Assembly (NCBI GenBank): GCA_051530055.1
Contig: CM121342.1
Coordinates: forward strand, 2,886,797 to 2,950,796
Reading direction: 5' to 3'
DNA from: Neoechinorhynchus agilis
Lineage: Eukaryota; Animalia; Acanthocephala
Length of the DNA stretch: 64,000 nt
Below the pieces are notes generated by a model. That model was not told the origin of the DNA, made no database searches, and saw nothing but the letters and a program-made list of their open reading frames with translations. The translations under genes and the position numbers were made by a program. Shown here piece after piece: positions 45,745-60,700 of this stretch; the first letter of the stretch is position 1, and every line of letters starts with the position of its first letter.

Positions 45745-48700
45745 AGAAATGAACGCAACGCCGTCGTACACATTCATGTTCGCACACACGCGAATACGCG
45801 TATGCGTTCACTCATGAACACGAACATTCATAAAAGGGCGCGCGCAAGGAACCCAATAAAAACGAACGACATGAACATCAGTACTGTAAAATCTATAAAG
45901 TATGCATTTATACTTAATGGCATGTCAATGCAATTAATGCACCCGCATTAGTATAGATTATTAAGCGCAACTTAAAAGTACGCAACGTACACGTTCATGT
46001 TCGCACACACGCGAATGCACGTGTGCGTTCACTCATGAACACGAACATTCATAAAAGGGCGCGCCAAGGAACCGAATAAATACGAACGACATAAACATCA
46101 GTACTGTAAAATCAATAAAGTATGTATTTATACTCAATGGCATGTCAATGCAATTAATGCACCAGCATTCATATAGATAATTAAGAGCAACTTAAAAGTA
46201 CGCAACGTACAAGTTCATGTACATAGACGCGAATGCACGTATGCGTTCACTCATTGATACGAACATTCATAAAAGGGCGCGCGCAAGGAACCGAACAAAA
46301 ACGAACGACATAAACATCAGTACTGTAAAATTAATAAAGTATGCATTTATACTCAATGGTATGTCAATGCAATTAATGCACCCGCATTAGTATAGATTAT
46401 TAAGAGCAACTTAAATGTACGCAACGTACACGTTCATGTTCGAACACACGCGAATGCGCGTATGCGTTCACACATGAATACGAACATTCATAAAAGGGCG
46501 CGCGCAAGGAACCGAATAAAAACGAACGACATAAACATCAGTACTGTAAAATCAATAAAGTATGTATTTATACTCAATATCATGTCAATGCAATTAATGC
46601 GCCCGCATTAGTATAGATTATGAACAGCAACTTAAAAGTACGCAACGTACACGTGCATGTTAACAAACACGAATGCGCGTATGCGTTCACCCATGAATAC
46701 CAACATTCATAAAAGGGCGCGCGCAAGAACCGAATAAAACGAACGACATAACATCAGTACTGTAAAATAATAAGTATGATTTATACTCAATGGCATGTCA
46801 ATGCAATTAATGCACCAGCATTATATAGATAATTAAGAGCAACTTAAAAGTACGCAACGTACACTCATGTACAAACGAATGCGCGTATGCGTTCACCATG
46901 AATACAACATTCATAAAAGGGCGCGCGCAAGAAACCGAATGAAAACGAACGACATGAACATCAGTACTGTAAAATAAATACAGTATGCATTTATACTCAA
47001 TGGCATGTCAATGCAATTAATGCACCAGCATTCATATAGATAATTAAGAGCAACTTAAAAGTTCGACACGTACACGTTCATGTACAAAGACGCGAATGCA
47101 CGTATGCGTTCACTCATGAACACGAACATTCATAAAAGGGCGCGCCAAGGAAACGAATAAATACGAACGACGTAAACATCAGTACAGTACAATCAATACA
47201 GTATGTATTTATACTAAATGGCATGTCAATGCAATTAATGCACCAGCATTTATATAGATAATTAAGAGCAACTTAAAAGTACGCAACGTACACGTTCATG
47301 TTCGCACACGCGCGAATGAGCGTATGCGTTCACACATTAATGCGAAAATTCATAAAAGGGCGCTCGCAAGGAACCGAATGAAAACGAACGACATGAACAT
47401 CAGTACTGTAAAATCAATAAAGTATGTATTTATACTCAATGGCATGTCAATGCAATTAATGCACCAGCATTTATATAGATAATTAAGGCAACTTAAAAGT
47501 ACGCAACGTACACGTTCATGTTCGAACACACGCGAATGCGCGTATGCGTTCACACATGAATACGAACATTCATAAAAGGGCGCGCGCAAGGAACCGAATA
47601 AAAACGAACGACATAAACATCAGTACTGTAAAATAAATAAAGTATGCATTTATACTTAATGGCATGTCAATGCAATTAATGCACCCGCATTAGTATAGAT
47701 TATTAAGAGCAACTTAAATGAACGCAACGTACACGTTCATGTTCGCACACACGCGAATGCGCGTATGCGTTCACCCATGAATACGAACATTCATAAAAGG
47801 GCGCGCGCAAGGAACCGAATAAAAACGAACGACATAAACATCAGTACTGTAAAATCAATAAAGTATGCATTTATACTCAATGGTATGTCAATGCAATTAA
47901 TGCACCCGCATTAGTATAGATTATTAAGAGCAACTTAAATGTACGCAACGTACACGTTCATGTTCGAACACACGCGAATGCGCGTATGCGTTCACACATG
48001 AATACGAACATTCATAAAAGGGCGCGCGCAAGGAACCGAATAAAAACGAACGACATAAACATCAGTACTGTAAAATCAATAAAGCATGTATTTATACTCA
48101 ATATCATGTCAATGCAATTAATGCGCCCGCATTAGTATAGATTATGAACAGCAACTTAAAAGTACGCAACGTACACGTGCATGTTAACAAACACGAATGC
48201 GCGTATGCGTTCACCCATGAATACCAACATTCATAAAAGGGCGCGCGCAAGAAACCGAATGAAAACGAACGACATGAACATCAGTACTGTAAAATAAATA
48301 CAGTATGCATTTATACTCAATGGCATGTCAATGCAATTAATGCACCAGCATTCATATAGATAATTAAGAGCAACTTAAAAGTTCGACACGTACACGTTCA
48401 TGTACAAAGAAGCGAATGCACGTATGCGTTCACTCATGAACACGAACATTCATAAAAGGGCGCGCCAAGGAACCGAATAAATACGAACGACGTAAACATC
48501 AGTACAGTACAATCAATACAGTATGTATTTATACTAAATGGCATGTCAATGCAATTAATGCACCAGCATTTATATAGATAATTAAGAGCAACTTAAAAGT
48601 ACGCAACGTACACGTTCATGTTCGCACACGCGCGAATGAGCGTATGCGTTCACACATTAATGCGAAAATTCATAAAAGGGCGCTCGCAAGGAACCGAATG

Positions 48701-51700
48701 AAAACGAACGACATGAACATCAGTACTGTAAAATCAATAAAGTATGTATTTATACTCAATGGCATGTCAATGCAATTAATGCACCAGCATTTATATAGAT
48801 AATTAAGCGCAACTTAAAAGTACGCAACGTACACGTGCATGTTCGCACACACCCGAATGCGCGTATGCGTTCACACATTGATACGAACATTCATAAAAGG
48901 GCGCGCGCAAGGAACCGAACAAAAACGAACGACATAAACATCAGTACTGTAAAATTAATAAAGTATGCATTTATACTCAATGGTATGTCAATGCAATTAA
49001 TGCACCCGCATTAGTATAGATTATTAAGAGCAACTTAAATGTACGCAACGTACACGTTCATGTTCGAACACACGCGAATGCGCGTATGCGTTCACTCATG
49101 AAGACGAACATTCATAAAAGGGCGCGCGCAAGGAACCGAATAAAAACGAACGACATAAACATCAGTACTGTAAAATAAATAAAGTATGCATTTATACTTA
49201 ATGGCATGTCAATGCAATTAATGCACCCGCATTAGTATAGATTATTAAGAGCAACTTAAATGAACGAAACGTACACGTTCATGTTCACACACACGAATGC
49301 GCGTATGCGTTCACCCATGAATACGAACATTCATAAAAGGGCGCGCGCAAGGAACCGAATAAAAACGAACGACATAAACATCAGTACTGTAAAATCAATA
49401 AAGTATGCATTTATACTCAATGGCATGTCAATGCAATTAATGCACCAGCATTAATATAGATAATTAAGAGCAACTTAAAAGTACGAAACGTACACGTTCA
49501 TGTGCACACACGCGAATGCGCGTATGCGTTCACTCATGAATACGAACATTCATAAAAGGGCGCGCGCAAGGAACCGAATAAAAACGAACGACATAAACAT
49601 CAGTACTGTAAAATCAATAAAGTATGTATTTATACTCAATGGCATGTCAATGCAATTAATGCACACGCATTAGTATAGATTATGAAGAGCAACTTAAAAG
49701 TACGCAACCTACACGTGCATGTTAACAAACACGAATCCGCGTATGCGTTCACACATGAATACCAACATTCAAAAAAGGGCGCGCGCAAGGAACCGAATGA
49801 AAACGAACGACATGAACATCAGAACTGTAAAATCAATAAAGTATGCATTTATACTACAAGGCCTGTCAATGCAATTAATGCGCCAGCATCTATATAGATA
49901 ATTAAGAGCAACTTAAAAGTACGCAACGTACACGTTCATGTACATAGACGCGAAAGCGCGTATGCGTTCACACATGAAAACGAACATTCATAAAACGGCG
50001 CGCGAAAGAAACCGAATAAAAAGGAACGACATGAACATCAGTACTGTAAAATAATAAAGTATGTATTTATACTAAATGGCATGTCAATGCAATTAATGCA
50101 CCAGCATCTATATAGATAATTAAGAGCAACTTAAAAGTACGCAACGTACACGTTCATGTTCGAACACTCGCGAATGAGCGTATGCGTTCACACATTAATG
50201 CGAAAATTCATAAAAGGGCGCTCGCAAGGAACCGAATGAAAACGAACGACATGAACATCAGTACTGTAAAATCAATAAAGTATGTATATATACTAAATGG
50301 CATGTCAATGCAATTAATGCACCAGCATCTATATAGATAATTAAGAGCAACTTAAAAGTACGCAACGTACACGTTCATGTACATAGACGCGAAAGCGCGT
50401 ATGCGTTCACACATGAAAACGAACATTCATAAAAGGGCGCGCGACAGAAACCGAATGAAAACGAACGACATGAACATCAGTACTGTAAAATAAATACAGT
50501 ATGCATTTATACTCAATGGCATGTCAATGCAATTAATGCACCAGCATTCATATAGATAATTAAGAGCAACTTAAAAGTTCGACACGTACACGTTCATGTA
50601 CAAAGAAGCGAATGCACGTATGCGTTCACTCATGAACACGAACATTCATAAAAGGGCGCGCCAAGGAAACGAATAAATACGAACGACGTAAACATCAGTA
50701 CAGTACAATCAATACAGTATGTATTTATACTAAATGGCATGTCAATGCAATTAATGCACCAGCATTTATATAGATAATTAAGAGCAACTTAAAAGTACGC
50801 AACGTACACGTTCATGTTCGCACACGCGCGAATGAGCGTATGCGTTCACACATTAATGCGAAAATTCATAAAAGGGCGCTCGCAAGGAACCGAATGAAAA
50901 CGAACGACATGAACATCAGTACTGTAAAATCAATAAAGTATGTATTTATACTCAATGGCATGTCAATGCAATTAATGCACCAGCATTTATATAGATAATT
51001 AAGCGCAACTTAAAAGTACGCAACGTACACGTGCATGTTCGCACACACCCGAATGCGCGTATGCGTTCACACATTGATACGAACATTCATAAAAGGGCGC
51101 GCGCAAGGAACCGAACAAAAACGAACGACATAAACATCAGTACTGTAAAATTAATAAAGTATGCATTTATACTCAATGGTATGTCAATGCAATTAATGCA
51201 CCCGCATTAGTATAGATTATTAAGAGCAACTTAAATGTACGCAACGTACACGTTCATGTTCGAACACACGCGAATGCGCGTATGCGTTCACTCATGAAGA
51301 CGAACATTCATAAAAGGGCGCGCGCAAGGAACCGAATAAAAACGAACGACATAAACATCAGTACTGTAAAATCAATAAAGTATGCATTTATACTTAATGG
51401 CATGTCAATGCAATTAATGCACCCGCATTAGTATAGATTATTAAGAGCAACTTAAATGAACGAAACGTACACGTTCATGTTCGCACACACGCGAATGCGC
51501 GTATGCGTTCACCCATGAATACGAACATTCATAAAAGGGCGCGCGCAAGGAACCGAATAAAAACGAACCACATAAACATCAGTACTGTAAAATCAATAAA
51601 GTATGCATTTATACTTAATGGCATGTCAATGCAATTAATGCACCCGCATTAGTATAGATTATTAAGAGCAACTTAAATGTACGCAACGTACACGTTCATG

Positions 51701-54700
51701 TTCGCACACACGCGAATGCGCGTATGCGTTCACTCATGAATACGAACATTCATAAAAGGGCGCGCGCAAGGAACCGAATAAAAACGAACGACATAAACAT
51801 CAGTACTGTAAAATCAATAAAGTATGTATTTATACTCAATGGCATGTCAATGCAATTAATGCACCCGCATTAGTATAGATTATTAAGAGCAACTTAAAAG
51901 TACGCAACGTACACGTGCATGTTAACAAACACGAATGCGCGTATGCGTTCACACATGAATACCAACATTCAAAAAAGGGCGCGCGCAAGGAACCGAATGA
52001 AAACGAACGACATGAACATCAGTACTGTAAAATCAATAAAGTATGCATTTATACTACAAGGCATGTCAATGCAATTAATGCGCCAGCATTTATATAGATA
52101 ATTAAGAGCAACTTAAAAGTACGCAACGTACACGTTCATGTTCGCACACACGCGAATGGGCGTATGCGTTCACTCATGAATACGAAAATTCATAAAAGGG
52201 CGCTCGCAAGGAACCGAATGAAAACGAACGACATGAACATCAGTACTGTAAAATCAATAAAGTATGTATTTATACTCAATGGCATGTCAATGCAGTTAAT
52301 GCACACGCATTAGTATAGATTATGAAGAGCAACTTAAAAGTACGCAACCTACACGTGCATGTTAACAAACACGAATCCGCGTATGCGTTCACACATGAAT
52401 ACCAACATTCAAAAAAGGGCGCGCGCAAGGAACCGAATAAAAACGAACGACATAAACATCAGTACTGTAAAATCAATAAAGTATGCATTTATACTTAATG
52501 GCATGTCAATGCAATTAATGCACCATCATTAGTATAGATTGTTAAGAGCAACTTAAATGCACGCAACGTACACGTTTATGTTCGCACACACGCGAATGCG
52601 CGTATGCGTTCATTCATGAATACGAACATTCATAAAAGGGCGCGCGCAAGGAACCGAATGAAAACGAACGACATGAACATCAGAACTGTAAAATCAATAA
52701 AGTATGCATTTATACTACAAGGCCTGTCAATGCAATTAATGCGCCAGCATTTATATAGATAATTAAGAGCAACTTAAAAGTACGCAACGTACACGTTCAT
52801 GTACATAGACGCGAAAGCGCGTATGCGTTCACACATGAAAACGAACATTCATAAAACGGCGCGCGAAAGAAACCGAATAAAAAGGAACGACATGAACATC
52901 AGTACTGTAAAATAATAAAGTATGTATTTATACTAAATGGCATGTCAATGCAATTAATGCACCAGCATCTATATAGATAATTAAGAGCAACTTAAAAGTA
53001 CGCAACGTACACGTTCATGTTCGCACACACGCGAATGAGCGTATGCGTTCACACATTAATGCGAAAATTCATAAAAGGGCGCTCGCAAGGAACCGAATGA
53101 AAACGAACGACATGAACATCAGTACTGTAAAATCAATAAAGTATGTATATATACTAAATGGCATGTCAATGCAATTAATGCACCAGCATCTATATAGATA
53201 ATTAAGAGCAACTTAAAAGTACGCAACGTACACGTTCAGTACATAGACCGGATGGTTCACACATGAACAATTCTAAAAGGGCGCGCGCAAGAACCGAATA
53301 AAAACGAACGACATAAACATCAGTACTGTAAAATCAAAAAGTATTTAATGATCAATGCAATTAGCCAGATTGATAATTAAAAGCAACTTAAAAGTACGCA
53401 ACGTACACGTTCATGTTCGCACACACGCGAATGCGCGTATTCGTTCACACATTGATACGAACATTCATAAAAGGGCGCGCGCAAGGAACCGAATAAAAAC
53501 GAACGACGTAAACATCAGTACTGTAAAATCAATAAAGTATGTATTTATACTAAATGGCTTGTCATTGCAATTAATGCACCAGGATTTGTATAGATAACTA
53601 AGAGCAACTTAAAAGTACGCTACGTACACGTCCTTGTTCGCACACACGCGAATGCGCGTATGCGTTCACACATTGATACGAACATTCATAAAAGGGCGCG
53701 CGCAAGGAACCGAATGAAAACGAACGACATGAACATCAGTACTGTAAAATCAATAAAGTATGTATTTATACTCAATGGCATGTCAATGCAATTAATGCAC
53801 CAGCATTTATATAGATAATTAAGAGCAACTTAAAAGTTCGACACGTACACGTTCATGTACAAAGACGCGAATGCACGTATGCGTTCACTCATGAACACGA
53901 ACATTCATAAAAGGGCGCGCCAAGGAACCGAATAAATACGAACGACATAAACATCAGTACAGTAAAATCAATACAGTATGTATTTATACTAAATGGCATG
54001 TCAATGCAATTAATGCACCAGCATTTATATAGATAATTAAGAGCAACTTAAAAGTACGCAACGTACACGTTCATGTTCGCACACGCGCGAATGAGCGTAT
54101 GCGTTCACACATTAATGCGAAAATTCATAAAAGGGCGCTCGCAAGGAACCGAATGAAAACGAACGACATGAACATCAGTACTGTAAAATCAATAAAGTAT
54201 GTATTTATACTCAATGGCATGTCAATGCAATTAATGCACCAGCATTTATATAGATAATTAAGCGCAACTTAAAAGTACGCAACGTACACGTGCATGTTCG
54301 CACACACCCGAATGCGCGTATGCGTTCACACATTGATACGAACATTCATAAAAGGGCGCGCGCAAGGAACCGAACAAAAACGAACGACATAAACATCAGT
54401 ACTGTAAAATTAATAAAGTATGCATTTATACTCAATGGTATGTCAATGCAATTAATGCACCCGCATTAGTATAGATTATTAAGAGCAACTTAAATGTACG
54501 CAACGTACACGTTCATGTTCGAACACACGCGAATGCGCGTATGCGTTCACTCATGAAGACGAACATTCATAAAACGGCGCGCGCAAGGAACCGAATAAAA
54601 ACGAACGACATAAACATCAGTACTGTAAAATCAATAAAGTATGCATTTATACTTAATGGCATGTCAATGCAATTAATGCACCATCATTAGTATAGATTAT

Positions 54701-57700
54701 TAAGAGCAACTTAAATGCACGCAACGTACACGTTTATGTTCGCACACACGCGAATGCGCGTATGCGTTCACTCATGAATACGAACATTCATAAAAGGGCG
54801 CGCGCAAGGAACCGAATAAAAACGAACGACATAAACATCAGTACTGTAAAATCAATAAAGTATGCATTTATACTTAATGGCATGTCAATGCAATTAATGC
54901 ACGTACATTAGTATAGATTATTAAGAGCAACTTAAATGTACGCAACGTACACGTTCATGTTCGCACACACGCGAATGCGCGTATGCGTTCACTCATGAAT
55001 ACGAACATTCATAAAAGGGCGCGCGCAAGGAACCGAATAAAAACGAACGACATAAACATCAGTACTGTAAAATCAATAAAGTATGTATTTATACTCAATG
55101 GCATGTCAATGCAATTAATGCACACGCATTAGTATAGATTATGAAGAGCAACTTAAAAGTACGCAACCTACACGTGCATGTTAACAAACACGAATCCGCG
55201 TATGCGTTCACACATGAATACCAACATTCAAAAAATGGCGCGCGCAAGGAACCGAATGAAAACGAACGACATGAACATCAGAACTGTAAAATCAATAAAG
55301 TATGCATTTATACTACAAGGCCTGTCAATGCAATTAATGCGCCAGCATTTATATAGATAATTAAGAGCAACTTAAAAGTACGCAACGTACACGTTCATGT
55401 ACATAGACGCGAAAGCGCGTATGCGTTCACACATGAAAACGAACATTCATAAAACGGCGCGCGAAGGAAACCGAATAAAAAGGAACGACATGAACATCAG
55501 TACTGTAAAATAATAAAGTATGTATTTATACTAAATGGCATGTCAATGCAATTAATGCACCAGCATCTATATAGATAATTAAGAGCAACTTAAAAGTACG
55601 CAACGTACACGTTCATGTACATAGACGCGAAAGCGCGTATGCGTTCACACACGAAAACGAACATTCATAAAACGGCGCGCGCAAGAAACCGAATAAAAAG
55701 GAACGACATGAACATCAGTACTGTAAAATCAATAAAGTATGTATTTATACTAAATGGCATGTCAATGCAATTAATGCACCAGCATCTATATAGATAATTA
55801 AGAGCAACTTAAAAGTACGCAACGTACACGTTCATGTACATAGACGCGAAAGCGCGTATGCGTTCACACATGAAAACGAACATTCATAAAAGGGCGCGCG
55901 CAAGAAACCGAATAAAAACGAACGACATAAACATCAGTACTGTAAAATCAATAAAGAAGTATTTATACTAAATGGCATGTCAATGCAATTAATGCACCAG
56001 CATTCACATAGATAATTAAAACCAACTTAAAAGTACGCAACGTACACGTTCATGTTCGCACACACGCGAATGCGCGTATTCGTTCGCACATTGATACGAA
56101 CATTCATAAAAGGGCGCGCGCAAGGAACCGAATAAAAACGAACGACGTAAACATCAGTACTGTAAAATCAATAAAGTATGTATTTATACTAAATGGCTTG
56201 TCATTGCAATTAATGCACCAGGATTAGTATAGATAACTAAGAGCAACTTAAAAGTACGCTACGTACACGTCCTTGTTCGCACACACGCGAATGCGCATAT
56301 GCGTTCACACATTTATACGAACATTCATAAAAGGGCGCGCGCAAGGAACCGAATGAAAACGAACGACATGAACATCAGTACTGTAAAATCAATAAAGTAT
56401 GCATTTATACTACAAGGCCTGTCAATGCAATTAATGCGCCAGCATTTATGTAGATAATTAAGAGCAACTTAAAAGTACGCAACGTACACGTCCATGTTCG
56501 CATACACGCGAATGCGCGTATTCGTTCACACATTTATACGAACATTCATAAAAGGGCGCGCGCAAGGAACCGAATGAAAACGAACGACATGAACATCAGT
56601 ACTGTAAAATCAATAAAGTATGTATTTATACTCAATGGCATGTCAATGCAATTAATGCACCAGCATTTATATAGATAATTAAGAGCAACATAAAAATACG
56701 CAACGTACACGTTCATGTTCGCACAAACGCGAATGCGCGTATGCGTTCACTCATGAACACGAACATTCATAAAAGGGCGCGCGCAAGGAACCGAATAAAA
56801 ACGAACGACATAAACATCAGTACTGTAAAATCAATAAAGTATGTATTTATACTAAATGGCATGTCAATGCAATTAATGCGCCAGCATTTATATAGATAAT
56901 TAAGAGCAACTTAAAAGTACGCAACGTACACGTTCATGTACATAGACGCGAAAGCGCGCATGCGTTCACACATGAAAACGAGCATTCATAAAACGGCGCG
57001 CGCAAGAAACCGAATAAAAAGGAACGACATGAACATCAGTACTGTAAAATAATAAAGTGTGTATTTATACTAAATGGCATGTCAATGCAATTAATGCACC
57101 AGCATCTATATAGATAATTAAGAGCAACTTAAAAGTACGCAACGTACACGTTCATGTACATAGACGCGAAAGCGCGTATGCGTTCACACACGAAAACGAA
57201 CATTAATAAAACGGCGCGCGCAAGAAACCGAATAAAAAGCAACGACATGAACATCAGTACTGTAAAATCAATAAAGTATGTATTTATACTAAATGGCATG
57301 TCAATGCAATTAATGCACCAGCATCTATATAGATAATTAAGAGCAACTTAAAAGTACGCAACGTACACGTTCATGTACATAGACGCGAATGCACGTATGC
57401 GTTCACTCATGAACACGAACATTCATAAAAGGGCGCGCCAAGGAACCGAATAAATGCGAACGACATAGACATCAGTACTGTAAAATCAATAAAGTATGTA
57501 TTTATACTCAATGGCATGTCAATGCAATTAATGCACCAGCATTTATATAGATAATTAAGAGCAACTTGAAAGTACGCAACGTACACGTTCATGTACATAG
57601 ACGCGAATGCGCGTTGCGTTCACTCATGAACACGAACATTCATAAAAGGGCGCGCGCAAAGAACCGAATAAAAACGAACGACATGAATACCAGTACTGTA

Positions 57701-60700
57701 AAATCAATAAAGTATGTATTTATACTACATGGCATGTCAATGCTATTAATGCAAAAGCATTTATATAGATAACTAAGCGCAACTTAAAAGTACGCAACGT
57801 ACACGTGCATGTTTGCACACACGCGAATGAGCGTATGGGTTCACACATTTATACGAACATTCATAGAAGGGCGCGCGCAAGGTACCGAATAAAAACGAAC
57901 GACATAAACATCAGTACTGTAAAATCAATAAAGTATCTATTTATACTAAATGGCATGTCAATGGAATTAATGCACCAGCATTCATATAGATAATTAAGAG
58001 CAACTTAAAAGTACGCAACGTACACGTGCATGTTAACAAACACGAATGCGCGTATGCGTTCAAACATGAATACCAATATTCATAAAAGGGCGTGCGCAAG
58101 GAACCGAATAAAAACAAACGACATAAACATCAATACTGTAAAATCAATAAAGTATGTATTTATACTCAATATCATGTCAATGCAATTAATGCGCCCGCAT
58201 TCATATAGATAATTATGAGCAACTTAAAAGTACGCAACGTACACGTGCATGTTAACAAACACGAATGCGCGTATGCGTTCAAACATGAATACCAACATTC
58301 ATAAAAGGGCGCGCGCAAGGAACCGAATGAAAACGAACGACATGAACATCAGTACTGTAAAATCAATAAAGTATGTATTTATACTCAATGGCATGTCAAT
58401 GGAATTAATGCACCAGCATACATATAGATAATTAAGAGCAACTTAAAAGTACGCAACGTACAAGTTCATGTACATAGACGCGAATGCACGTATGCGTTCA
58501 CTATTGAACACGAACATTCATAAAAGGGCGCGCCAAGGAACCGAATAAATACGAACGACATAAGCATCAGTACTGTAAAATCAATAAAGTATGTATTTAT
58601 ACTCAATGGCATGTCAATGGAATTAATGCACCAGCATACATATAGATAATTAAGAGCAACTTAAAAGTACGCAACGTACACGTTCATGTTCGCACACACG
58701 CGAATGCGCGTATGCGTTCACTCATGAACACGAACATTCACAAAAGGGCGCGCGCAAGGAACCGAATAAAAACGAACGACATGAACATCAGTACTGTAAA
58801 ATCAATAAAGTATGTATTTATACTCAATGGCATGTCAATGCAATTAATGCAAAAGCATTTATATAGATAACTAAGCGCAACTTAAAAGTACGCAACGTAC
58901 ACGTGCATGTTTGCACACACGCGAATGAGCGTATGGGTTCACACATTGATACGAACATTCATAAAAGGGCGCGCGCAAGGAACCGAATAAAAACGAACGA
59001 CATGAACATCAGTGCTGTAATATCAAAAAAGTATGTATTTATACTCAATGGCATGTCAATGCAATTAATGCAAAAGCATTTATATAGATAACTAAGCGCA
59101 ACTTAAAAGTACGCAACGTACACGTTCATGTTCGCACACACGCGAATGCGCGAATGCGTTCACTCATGAACACGAACATTCATACAAGGGCGCGCGCGAG
59201 GAACCGAATAAAAACGAACGACATGAACATCAGTACTGTAATATCAAAAAAGTATGTATTTATACTCAATGGCATGTCAATGCAATTAATGCACCAGCAT
59301 TTATATAGATAATTAAGAGCAACATAAATGTACGCAACGTACACGTTCATGTACATAGACGCGAATGCACGTATGCGTTCACTCATGAACACGAACATTC
59401 ATAAAAGGGCGCGCCAAGGAACCGAATAAATGCGAACGACATAAACATCAGCACTGTAAAATCAATAAAGTATGTATTTATACTCAATGGCACGTCAATG
59501 CAATTAATGCACCAGCATTTATATAGATAATTAAGAGCAACTTAAAAGTACGCGACGTACACGTTCATGTACATAGACGCGAATGCGTTTATGCGTTCAC
59601 TCATGAACACGAACATTCACAAAAGGGCGCGCGCAAGGAACCGAATAAAAACGAACGACATAAACATCAGTACTGTAAAATCAATAAAGTATGTATTTAT
59701 ACTCAATTGCATGTCAATGCAATTAATGCACCAGCATTTATATAGATAATTAAGAGCAACTTAAAAGTAAGCAACGTACACGTTCATGTACATAGACGCG
59801 AATGCGCGAATGCGTTCACTCATGAACACGAACATTCATAAAAGGGCGCGAGAAAGGAACCGAATAAAAACGAACGACATAAACATCAGTACTGTAAAAT
59901 CAATAAAGTATGTATTTATACTAAATGTCATGTCAATGCAATTAATGCACCAGCATATATATGGATAATTAAGAACAACTTAAAAGTACGCAACGTACAC
60001 GTGCATGTTCGCCACACCCGAATGCGCGTATGCGTTTACACATTGATACGAACATTCATAAAAGGGCGCGCGCAAGGAACCGAATAAAAACGAACGACAT
60101 GAACATCAGTGCTGTAATATCAAAAAAGTATGTATTTATACTCAATGGCATGTCAATGCAATTAATGCACCAGCATTTATATAGATAATTAAGAGCAGCA
60201 TAAAAGTACGCAACGTACACGTTCATGTTCGCACAAACACGAATGCGCGTATGCGTTCACTCATGAACACGAACATTCATAAAAGGGCGCGCGCGAGGAA
60301 CCGAATAAAAACGAACGACATGAACATCAGTACTGTAAAATCAATAAAGCATGTATTTATACTAAATGGCATGTCAATGCAATTAATGCACCAGCATTCA
60401 TATAGATAATTAAGAGCAACTTAAAAGTACGCAACGTACACGTGCATGTTCGATCAAACGCGAAAGCGCGTATGCATTCACACATTGATACGGACCTTCA
60501 CAAAAGGGCGCGCGAAAGGAACCGAATAAAAACGAACGACATAAACATCAGTACTGTAAAATCAATAAAGTATGTATTTATACTAAATGTCATGTCAATG
60601 CAATTAATGCACAAGCATTTATATGGATAATTAAGAGCAACTTAAAAGTACGCAACGTACACGTTCATGTTCGCACACACGCGGATGCACGTATGCGTTC

